Assembly (NCBI GenBank): GCA_900545215.1
Contig: UQXW01000001.1
Coordinates: 61,794-125,793 of the forward strand
Direction of reading: 5' to 3'
DNA from: an uncultured Bacteroidota bacterium
Lineage (GTDB): Bacteria > Bacteroidota > Bacteroidia > Bacteroidales > P3
Length of the DNA stretch: 64,000 nucleotides
Numbering within the stretch: the stretch's first letter is position 1; every line of letters begins with the position of its first letter. Below, one piece after another: positions 48,867 to 56,836 of the stretch. Made by a program: the position numbers and the translations under genes. The notes under the pieces were generated by a model. That model saw only the letters and a program-made list of their open reading frames with translations, made no database searches and was not told the origin of the DNA.

Positions 48867-49345
48867 CAATTAGACCATTGAGAGAAGAAGATGCATATAC
48901 TTCCGTCAAGTGGAGAAATGATCCGGAAGTGTTCAAATTTACGGGCAACACCTACAAAAATGAAATCAAGATTGAGAATGAGTTGGAATGGATTCATAAA
49001 GTGGTTGCCAATTCAAATGATTACCGTTGTGCAATTCTTGCTGATGGCGTTTATGTGGGAAATATTTATTTGACAGACATTGATGGTAAAGCAGCTAATT
49101 ATCATATCTTCATCGGCAACAAAGAATATTGGGGTAAGGGCGTTGCAAAGAAGGCATCGCTTTTGATACTTGATTACGCTTTCAACACCTTGAAACTCGA
49201 AACAGTCAAACTCAAAGTCCGCAAGGAAAACACATCAGCTTTTATGCTCTACAAGAAATTAGGCTTTGAAGTAGAGAACGAAGAAAACGTTTGGATATCG
49301 ATGGAGATAAAAGCATATAAACGGCAGCCTACGTGTATAAGTTGA
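48857..49345 (+). CDS. GNAT-family N-acetyltransferase
   Basis: IFIGNKEYWGKGVAKKASLLILDYAF and YKKLGF motifs. Confidence 0.85.
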   Translation: MEVAIRPLREEDAYTSVKWRNDPEVFKFTGNTYKNEIKIENELEWIHKVVANSNDYRCAILADGVYVGNIYLTDIDGKAANYHIFIGNKEYWGKGVAKKASLLILDYAFNTLKLETVKLKVRKENTSAFMLYKKLGFEVENEENVWISMEIKAYKRQPTCIS

Positions 49346-49526
49346 TATTCAACATCAAGGCAATAGGTGAAACATTGCAAGCAATGCAACAAAACGAGTA
49401 AACCGCCGTTTAATTGAATAGTCAGCATAGATTGAAATCATGGATTTATTACAAGTTATGCATATTTTGAGAGTTCTGTGTTTTAGAGAATTGTTTGCTT
49501 GTGAGTAAAGTAAATTGTAAAGAGCC

Positions 49527-49940
49527 ATGGTAAGCAAGTTGAAGAATAAATCAGAGATATTGTATGATACGGCGAAACTATTGCACGATAAAAGTTTGTA
49601 TGTAGGTGTTGCACATGCTGCTTATTATAGTTGTTATCAGCTGTTGAAACATATTTGGCTTCATTCCATGCTTAAGTCTGAGGAAGAACTCACTAAAAAT
49701 ATCAGCACAGGGAAAATAGGTTCTCATGAATATTTGCTGAATGAAATTGTGAGTTATATAGAAAAATATCCATCTAAAACCGGTGGGAAAGGCGACTATA
49801 GAATAGTGAGGGATAATATGTTACAGTTAAAACGCCTTCGAGTGAAGGCTGACTATAAAGATGATGATTTTTGCTGTAAGGATAGCAACAGTTCTATTAC
49901 ATTGTCGGATAAAATATTGCCGATACTAAGACGTTATTGA
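49527..49940 (+). CDS. HEPN-fold protein (classic PF05168-like helical pattern), putative RNase/toxin
   Basis: An N-terminal helix (LYDTAKLLHDKSLYVGVAHAAYYSCYQLLKHIWL) resembling the HEPN hydrophobic core, and a C-terminal KRLRVKADYKDDD resembling the HEPN R…(R/A)(D/Y) motif. Confidence 0.45.
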   Translation: MVSKLKNKSEILYDTAKLLHDKSLYVGVAHAAYYSCYQLLKHIWLHSMLKSEEELTKNISTGKIGSHEYLLNEIVSYIEKYPSKTGGKGDYRIVRDNMLQLKRLRVKADYKDDDFCCKDSNSSITLSDKILPILRRY

Positions 49941-49943
49941 TGT

Positions 49944-50408
49944 ATGAGAGCAAAAGAGTTTGTTATTGAAGCTTTGAAAGAACTTCTTGGAAAAGTTACT
50001 ACAGTGAAAGTGCGATATGAATTTGATGCAAATGCACTTGTTCATGTTGTGGAAGTTCTGCCCGAAGAGGTGTATTCTTCAAATAAAGAATACCTTGGAT
50101 GGGAAGAACAACTATATCACGACTTTGTGAAACAATTTCCAAGAGAGAATATATGTTTCATTACCGATGATGCACTTGTCGGAATTAAGAATGCCGAGTT
50201 TGAGCAACAAGGAGAGAATTATAGCATTATATGTATTCCTACATATAAATACTGCGAGAATGGCAGACCATGCTCTTTACTTTCGATAGACAGTAGTATT
50301 AGTAATTTTCAGCCGTTGAATTATTGCAATATGGAGAAGAATGGGCAACATGCTTCATTTGACGCAGTGGTATTGCCAACGTGTTCGGATTTATTACAAG
50401 CAGCATAA
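49944..50408 (+). CDS. hypothetical protein (no recognisable domain) between the HEPN and SecB-like genes
   Basis: 154-aa ORF, 4 nt after the HEPN stop and 7 nt before the SecB-like start. Confidence 0.4.
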   Translation: MRAKEFVIEALKELLGKVTTVKVRYEFDANALVHVVEVLPEEVYSSNKEYLGWEEQLYHDFVKQFPRENICFITDDALVGIKNAEFEQQGENYSIICIPTYKYCENGRPCSLLSIDSSISNFQPLNYCNMEKNGQHASFDAVVLPTCSDLLQAA

Positions 50409-50414
50409 AGTATT

Positions 50415-50825
50415 ATGGAAGACAAAACAAAATCGGGATTTGCAATAACAGGATTGATATTGTTGGAAAGCAATTTCAAACGAGAGAATAATGTGCAGTT
50501 CGTTGAAACTGTGCAAAACAATATGCATATAGAGACAGAGGTTCAGACGAAAGATGCTTCCATCATGGTGCTTGAAACAGTAACAATAAGCCAGAAATAT
50601 GAAAAGATGGAACAAGTATCTATCATGGTAAAGATGGCAGGGGTTTTTGAACGTGTCGGAGAAAGCAAATTGGAAGACTTGGAACAGTTCGGAAAGATAA
50701 ATGGAGCTGCCATTATTTTTCCCTATATTAGGGAACATATCACTAATTTATCTCTCAAAGCAGGAATTCCACCCATAATACTTCCACCTGTTAACTTTAC
50801 CAAGATGCAGGGAAATAACCGTTGA
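50415..50825 (+). CDS. SecB-like chaperone
   Basis: Aligns along its length with E. coli SecB, especially GAAIIFPYIREHITNLSLKAGIPPIILPPVNF against [29 protein letters not shown]. Confidence 0.8.
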   Translation: MEDKTKSGFAITGLILLESNFKRENNVQFVETVQNNMHIETEVQTKDASIMVLETVTISQKYEKMEQVSIMVKMAGVFERVGESKLEDLEQFGKINGAAIIFPYIREHITNLSLKAGIPPIILPPVNFTKMQGNNR

Positions 50826-50841
50826 CTACAAAAAATACTGA

Positions 50842-51153
50842 ATGAATATGGGAGCAAGTTATAATAACATTATTGAAAGAATAGATGAACACCTAAAAAA
50901 TAGTGGACGAAGATACTATTCGGATTTTTACATCGGGATAACAAACGACCCTGAGCGTAGGCTTTTCGATGAACATAACGTTAAGAAAGATTATATGTGG
51001 TGGATTTATTCCAAAGCTGATAATATTGAAATCGCAAGAAAGGTTGAGAAACACTATTTGGATAAAGGAATGCGAGGTGGAGACGGAGGTGGAGATGATA
51101 CATCAGTGTATGTATATTGTTATACCGTATCTCCAACAACGATAGAGTATTGA
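50842..51153 (+). CDS. small GIY-YIG nuclease-domain protein
   Basis: RRYYSDFYIGITNDPERRLFDEHN (YIG-T-…R-…H-N) and the downstream WWIY…ARKVEKHYLDKG (catalytic Glu and Lys). Confidence 0.55.
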   Translation: MNMGASYNNIIERIDEHLKNSGRRYYSDFYIGITNDPERRLFDEHNVKKDYMWWIYSKADNIEIARKVEKHYLDKGMRGGDGGGDDTSVYVYCYTVSPTTIEY

Positions 51154-51154
51154 C

Positions 51155-51883
51155 ATGGATAAGGATAATTTGTTGACTAGAGCTTCAGAAGTAGCTCTAA
51201 CAGGTGAAAATAGTGAAATATCTCAAGATGATAATGAGACAAGAGAACGGTTTGTTGTTTTCTTGGATATTATGGGGTTTAAGGATATCGTGAGAAGTAA
51301 TCCGAAACATGATGAATTAAAAAAGCGTTTAGGAGAATTAAATGACAGTATAAACGAACTCATTAAAGAAGAAGAGGCTACCTCAATAATAGAGCTTGTT
51401 CAGTTTTCTGATAGTATCATTCTTTTCACAAAGAACAATACAAATGAACAACTTGTGAAATTAGTATCTATCGTTTGTTTGATTATGCAGGAAGCTATTG
51501 AACTTAAATTTGCAATGAAAGGAGCAATAGCAAAGGGTGTACTCACTTGTGATTCTAACAAGAAAGTTTATTTCGGACAAGCACAGATAGATGCCTATCT
51601 TCTTGAAGAAAATGTATGGTATTACGGTATAGTCGTTCACCATTCTGCACAGAATGATGTGGAAAAAATAAATAAGAATTATATTTCTACCTTAGAACTT
51701 CCCATGAAGACTGGGTGGATTAAACATTGCGAGTTATCTTGGTATGCTTATAGTAGCGATAAGGCTAATGATATAAAAGAGCGTATTTCAAATATAAGAT
51801 ACACCGTTTCCGATGCACCTCGAAGATACATAGACAATACCGAAGCTGTGATGAAAGCCTTTGAGGAAAAGAATGGTAGGTAG
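51155..51883 (+). CDS. class-III nucleotidyl-cyclase-like (CHD/GGDEF palm-fold) protein with degenerate catalytic residues
   Basis: FVVFLDIMGFKD (cf. FADIVGFT, metal Asp 1); FSDSIILF (cf. iGDaYM, Asp 2); KGAIAKGVLTCDS (cf. RiGIHtGpvvaG); YFGQAQIDAYLLE (cf. GdtVNlAsRmE, with N replaced by D and R by L). Confidence 0.5.
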   Translation: MDKDNLLTRASEVALTGENSEISQDDNETRERFVVFLDIMGFKDIVRSNPKHDELKKRLGELNDSINELIKEEEATSIIELVQFSDSIILFTKNNTNEQLVKLVSIVCLIMQEAIELKFAMKGAIAKGVLTCDSNKKVYFGQAQIDAYLLEENVWYYGIVVHHSAQNDVEKINKNYISTLELPMKTGWIKHCELSWYAYSSDKANDIKERISNIRYTVSDAPRRYIDNTEAVMKAFEEKNGR

Positions 51884-52002
51884 AGCAAAAGAAAAATAAG
51901 AATAAAAGCAAGAAACACTTGGCGTAAACAGAGTGCAGTTAATTCAAACCATTAACAAGTAGCGAGTAAAGTCTTTTCTCGTTTTCATACATAAACATTA
52001 AG

Positions 52003-53541
52003 ATGCAGAAAAAAAATGGTGATACTATAAATAAAAAGAAGATAGCTATTAATACAATTATTGTCTATGTTAGACTTTTTATAACTACAATAATAGGGCT
52101 TATATCTACACGGCTTGTTTTAAGAATATTGGGTGTTGCTGATTATGGTCTGTACAATGTTGTAGGTGGTATCATTGTTGTCTTGAATGTGTTTTGTGTG
52201 GCTATGCATACAACCACTAGACGTTTCATAAATGTTGAAATGGGCAAGTTGGACGGAAATGTCAATAAGGTATTCAATATATGCATGAAGTTACATATAC
52301 GAATTGCTGTAATCTTTTTTTTGTTGGCAGAACTGATAGGACTTTTGTATATATATAATTATCTGAATGTAGAGGAATGTAGACTTTCTGATTGCGTGTT
52401 TATATATAATATTTCTTTAATCACTTCTTGTTTAGGATTGATTAATGTTCCTTATCAAAGTACACTTGTTGCTCGTGAGCGATTTATTGATATTGCTCTT
52501 ATAGATATAATTACAAAAATAATTCTATTCGGAATGATAATCCTACTCTATATTCGTGGAGGGTATGCATTACGTCTTTATGCAATATCAATGTGTGTTT
52601 CTGTTCTCTTGTCGTTGATATTGTATACTCTTGGTTGTTATAGGAGATATTCTTCGGATGTATGCTTGAAAAGATATGTAGATAAAGATTTGACAAAAGA
52701 AATGCTAAGATTTAACGCTTACACAACAATTGGAGCATCTTCATATATGATAAGAGCACAGGGAGCGAATATTATAATCAATTTATTCTTTAATACTATT
52801 GTGAATGGAGCCTATGCAATAGCATATCAAATCGAAAGCTATTTAATTTTATTTATTAGTAATCTAACAACAGCTTCTGCTCCTCAAATTACAAAGAGTT
52901 ATGCTAATGGGGATATTGATGCGTCAATGAATTTGGTAATGCGAATGAATAGATTGTGTATACTAGTAATGATGTTTATTTGCTTTGCGGCTATTGTAGA
53001 ATTGCCTTTTTTGTTGAAATTATGGTTGGGAGTAGTTCCAGAATATGCAGTATTATTCGTCTCTTTGACGATAATTAGTGCATTTATTCGCTCTTTGGGA
53101 GAAGGTATTCCCCCATTGGTACAAGCGTCAGGAAGGATAAAGTGGTTTCAGATTTTTGGCTCTATATTTACTTTCTTAGATATACCATTTGTAATTATAT
53201 TCTTTGTTTTGGGATTTCCTCCACAAACTATGATAATCGTGTTTTGTGTTTCTTCTATTTGTGGACGTATAGTTAATATCTATTTGTTGTATCGGATATT
53301 GAAGTATGATGTATTATTGTTTTTGCGAGTATCCTATTTTCCAATTATTAAAATTCTCCCATTTTTAGTAGCGTACTATGTTTTGTATTCACGATTTGAA
53401 CTTACAACAAATTTATCTCATGTTATTGGCTTATTGAGTTCTGTTATTCTTGCTGGAATTATAATCTTTTTCTTGGGCTTTGATGAGAAAGAACGTCTTT
53501 CTATATTCAATACACTTAAAACAAAATTAAAAACAAGATAA
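52003..53541 (+). CDS. second Wzx-type oligosaccharide flippase (MOP superfamily)
   Basis: 512 aa with ~14 TM segments and an N-terminal ININTIIVYVRLFITTIIGLISTRLVLRILG typical of Wzx proteins. An A8 tract directly follows the ATG. Confidence 0.75.
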   Translation: MQKKNGDTINKKKIAINTIIVYVRLFITTIIGLISTRLVLRILGVADYGLYNVVGGIIVVLNVFCVAMHTTTRRFINVEMGKLDGNVNKVFNICMKLHIRIAVIFFLLAELIGLLYIYNYLNVEECRLSDCVFIYNISLITSCLGLINVPYQSTLVARERFIDIALIDIITKIILFGMIILLYIRGGYALRLYAISMCVSVLLSLILYTLGCYRRYSSDVCLKRYVDKDLTKEMLRFNAYTTIGASSYMIRAQGANIIINLFFNTIVNGAYAIAYQIESYLILFISNLTTASAPQITKSYANGDIDASMNLVMRMNRLCILVMMFICFAAIVELPFLLKLWLGVVPEYAVLFVSLTIISAFIRSLGEGIPPLVQASGRIKWFQIFGSIFTFLDIPFVIIFFVLGFPPQTMIIVFCVSSICGRIVNIYLLYRILKYDVLLFLRVSYFPIIKILPFLVAYYVLYSRFELTTNLSHVIGLLSSVILAGIIIFFLGFDEKERLSIFNTLKTKLKTR

Positions 53542-53544
53542 ACG

Positions 53545-54486
53545 ATGACTATATATCCCATTGTTATTCCTACGTTGTGTCGTTATGAATTGTTTGTGAA
53601 ATGTGTTGACTCTTTGTCGAAGTGTACCTTGGCAGAGCAAACAGAGTTGGTTATAGGTTTGGATTTTCCTCTGAATAAATCACATGAAGAGGGATGGAAA
53701 AAGATAAAAACATATATTGGAGCTATTACAGGTTTTAGAAAGTTGACGGTTTTTACTTCTGACGTTAATTTGGGGGCAAGTAAAAACCTGCATCGTTTGA
53801 TAGACTATGTGTATGCATCTTATGATGCTGTAATTCTAACGGAAGATGATAATTTCTTTTCCCCATGTTTTCTGGAATTTATGAACAATGGATTGAATGA
53901 ATTTCGTGATAACCCAAAGATTATTTCTGTTTGTGGTTATACAGCGATGCAATATTACGGAGTAACAGATAATTCTTTAATACTGACACATGATTTTTCG
54001 GCATGGGGAGTAGGTAGATGGAAAGAAAAGCATAAAGGTAGAGAGGTAGAGTATTATTATAATATATGTCATTCTTTGAAAAAATCATATCGTATATTTA
54101 AGGAGTATCCGTCTCTTCTGATGATGCTTATGGTAATGCTTAAAAGAAAAGAAAGGTATGGTGATACTATGCGTTCTATTGATAATATGATGAATGATAC
54201 TTATCAGTTGCGTCCCGCTTTATCTATGGTGCGTAATTTAGGTCAAGATGGCAGTGGATTGCACAGTGGGATAAATCCCGAATATTTGACTCAGCAAATA
54301 AGTATAGAAAAACATTTTAACTTCTCTTTGAATGCAATAGCTATTGCATTCAAAGAATCTCGAAAAGTGAATAAGTGTACTTTTGGTATAGGTTTATCAC
54401 GTAATTCATTCAAGGCAGTCTCTCAATTGCTTTATTACGTTGTTAAATGGTGTATATTTAGAACCTCTAAAAAGAAATTATCATGA
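53545..54486 (+). CDS. putative GT-A-fold glycosyltransferase
   Basis: IYPIVIPTLCRYE…VIGLDFP…ILTEDDNFF (DD acidic motif). No confident family call. Confidence 0.45.
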   Translation: MTIYPIVIPTLCRYELFVKCVDSLSKCTLAEQTELVIGLDFPLNKSHEEGWKKIKTYIGAITGFRKLTVFTSDVNLGASKNLHRLIDYVYASYDAVILTEDDNFFSPCFLEFMNNGLNEFRDNPKIISVCGYTAMQYYGVTDNSLILTHDFSAWGVGRWKEKHKGREVEYYYNICHSLKKSYRIFKEYPSLLMMLMVMLKRKERYGDTMRSIDNMMNDTYQLRPALSMVRNLGQDGSGLHSGINPEYLTQQISIEKHFNFSLNAIAIAFKESRKVNKCTFGIGLSRNSFKAVSQLLYYVVKWCIFRTSKKKLS

Positions 54487-55733
54487 AAGTTTTGTGGATT
54501 ACTAATATATTGTTCCCCGAAGCGGAGCAACTTCTTACTGGGACTGGTGAATTGAAATCGTCAGGTGGTTGGATGCTTGGAGCGGCAAATGCATTGCTTC
54601 AGAATTGCAAAATTGAACTCGCGGTTGCATCTGTTTCTGATAAAGTAAAAAAACTCACAAGAATAAAAGGGAAAAAGATAACATATTATATACTTCCTAA
54701 ATGTAAGGGTAATGAAAAGATTAATATGAACTATTGTCCATGTTGGCAACAAGTAAGCAAAGAACTAAAACCTGATATCGTTCATATTCATGGCACGGAA
54801 TATTCTCATGGATATGCCTATATGGTAGCCTGTGGATGCGACAATATTGTCATATCTATTCAAGGATTGACTTCTGCCTACTACTACTACTACTACGGCA
54901 TGACCAAAAAGGATATATACAGAAATATGACATTTAGAGACGTGCTTAGAGGAAGTATTTTGAAAGGTCAGAAGTTGTTTAAAGAACGTGCTGTTCATGA
55001 AGTGGCAATGCTCAAAATGGCAAAGCATGTTATAGGGCGTACATCTTGGGATAAGGCAAGGGTGTGGGCGATAAATCCAAATGCAAAATACCATTTTTGC
55101 AATGAGACTCTGCGTGCGGAATTTTATGATGGGGCTGAGTGGAAATACGATAAATGTAATAAACATTCAATATTTCTAAGTCAAGCTGGGTATCCTATAA
55201 AAGGGCTGCATCAAGTTTTGAAAGCAATGCCGTTAATACTGCAACATTATCCAGATGCCCAAATACGTGTTGCGGGAACGGATATAACAAAATCTGAGTC
55301 AATCGTTGAAAAAGTCCGACTGTCTGGGTATGGAAAATATATCAAGTCACTCATAAGTAAATATGATCTTAAAGGAAAAGTCATGTTTACAGGCAATCTT
55401 AATGCAGAACAAATGAAATCAGAGTATTTGAATGCCAACGTATTTGTTTGTCCATCGTCTATAGAGAATAGCCCCAATTCCTTGGGAGAAGCACAAATAT
55501 TAGGAACCCCTTGCATTGCAAGTTATGTAGGTGGCGTTATGGATATGATGAAAGGAAATGAAAGGAACTTATACCGCTTTGAAGAAGTAAGTATGCTTGC
55601 AGCAAAGATTTGTAGAATTTTTGCCAATGCGGATAAACAGATAGATATGAAAACTGCCGCTATTCAGAGGCATGATCCAAAGATGAATAGTATGCAGTTG
55701 CTTGAGACTTATCGAATGATATCAAAAGTGTAA
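54483..55733 (+). CDS. family-4 (group 1) glycosyltransferase
   Basis: C-terminal FVCPSSIENSPNSLGEAQILGTPCIASYVGG (the E-x7-E region). Confidence 0.85.
   Translation: MKVLWITNILFPEAEQLLTGTGELKSSGGWMLGAANALLQNCKIELAVASVSDKVKKLTRIKGKKITYYILPKCKGNEKINMNYCPCWQQVSKELKPDIVHIHGTEYSHGYAYMVACGCDNIVISIQGLTSAYYYYYYGMTKKDIYRNMTFRDVLRGSILKGQKLFKERAVHEVAMLKMAKHVIGRTSWDKARVWAINPNAKYHFCNETLRAEFYDGAEWKYDKCNKHSIFLSQAGYPIKGLHQVLKAMPLILQHYPDAQIRVAGTDITKSESIVEKVRLSGYGKYIKSLISKYDLKGKVMFTGNLNAEQMKSEYLNANVFVCPSSIENSPNSLGEAQILGTPCIASYVGGVMDMMKGNERNLYRFEEVSMLAAKICRIFANADKQIDMKTAAIQRHDPKMNSMQLLETYRMISKV
54889..54906 (+). repeat. (TAC)6 trinucleotide repeat encoding a Tyr6 run inside the GT4 gene
   Basis: gcc tac tac tac tac tac tac ggc, translating to AYYYYYYG. 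Confidence 0.9.
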
Positions 55734-56827
55734 TGTATATAGTAATTTTTTGTTCTCTTATAGCGGTATTATTGACTTACTTTGAAGTTAATGGTACTAT
55801 GAGAGGTGGGATGAAGTGGGGATTCTTTTTTGTAACTTTTCTCGGTGCTATTCATTATGACTATGGTAATGATTATATGGGATATTTTGAAATGTACGAA
55901 TATTTTACAAGAGGTAGTCTTAATGTAAAAGCTATTTTTGAAGGAGGATATAAAGAACCTGGGTGGAAGTTGCTTTGCTGGTTATTTAAGCCAATAGGAG
56001 GTTTTTTTACAATGGTTGCGGTTTTGAATATTGTTCAGAATTATATCGTGTATAATTTTATTAAGCAATATGTACATCGGCCGTGGTGGCCATTGGGGAT
56101 ATTTATTTATCTTTTTTCTACAAATTTGTATTTGTTATCATTTTCTATGATGCGTCAAGAATTTGTTATTATTGTATTTCTTGGACTTTGGCCTCTTATT
56201 AAAGAACGAAAATGGTGGTTTTCGTTGATTATAACATACTTGTGTTCTTTTATTCATACGTCTGCATTGATGCTTCTTCCATTTGTATTTTGGGGATTTG
56301 TTCCTCAAAGATACAAAATCGTGGGAATTGTATATATGGTGATAGTTTTGCTTTTATGGCTGAGTAAAGATATGCTATTTCTACTAGTTAACAATGTTAT
56401 CAGTTTAAACGAGCAAGCTAATAATTATATTCTTATTTATAAGAATGGTGATGCTATTTCTAAAGTAGGGATTGGTTTTGCTATGAATATGATCATATTT
56501 ATTTTATTTGTTCTCTATATGTTGAAGGAAGATACGCGTGTTTCTGTTTCAGATAAATGTTTGGTCTCTTTGGCTGCAATTTATTATTTAATTCAGCCGT
56601 TAGGTCAATTCCTTCAATTATTTGGGAGAGTTGGTATGTATTTTTCTGTCTATAACATTGGTGCTATGCCTCTTATTTTTGGAAGTATCAAAAATAAAGA
56701 ATGGCGAATTGGATTATTGTTTATGTATATTTTTATGACGATATATGATTATTTAATGTTTTTTCAGAGTGAAATTTTTGTGGCTAAGTACTCTGAATTC
56801 CATACTATATTTCCGTATATTTTTTGA
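55733..56827 (+). CDS. EpsG-family (Wzy-like) polysaccharide polymerase
   Basis: ~11 TM segments; aromatic/Tyr-rich loop (HYDYGNDYMGYFEMYEYF) typical of EpsG-family putative polymerases. Confidence 0.65.
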   Translation: MYIVIFCSLIAVLLTYFEVNGTMRGGMKWGFFFVTFLGAIHYDYGNDYMGYFEMYEYFTRGSLNVKAIFEGGYKEPGWKLLCWLFKPIGGFFTMVAVLNIVQNYIVYNFIKQYVHRPWWPLGIFIYLFSTNLYLLSFSMMRQEFVIIVFLGLWPLIKERKWWFSLIITYLCSFIHTSALMLLPFVFWGFVPQRYKIVGIVYMVIVLLLWLSKDMLFLLVNNVISLNEQANNYILIYKNGDAISKVGIGFAMNMIIFILFVLYMLKEDTRVSVSDKCLVSLAAIYYLIQPLGQFLQLFGRVGMYFSVYNIGAMPLIFGSIKNKEWRIGLLFMYIFMTIYDYLMFFQSEIFVAKYSEFHTIFPYIF

Positions 56828-56836
56828 TCTATAATA

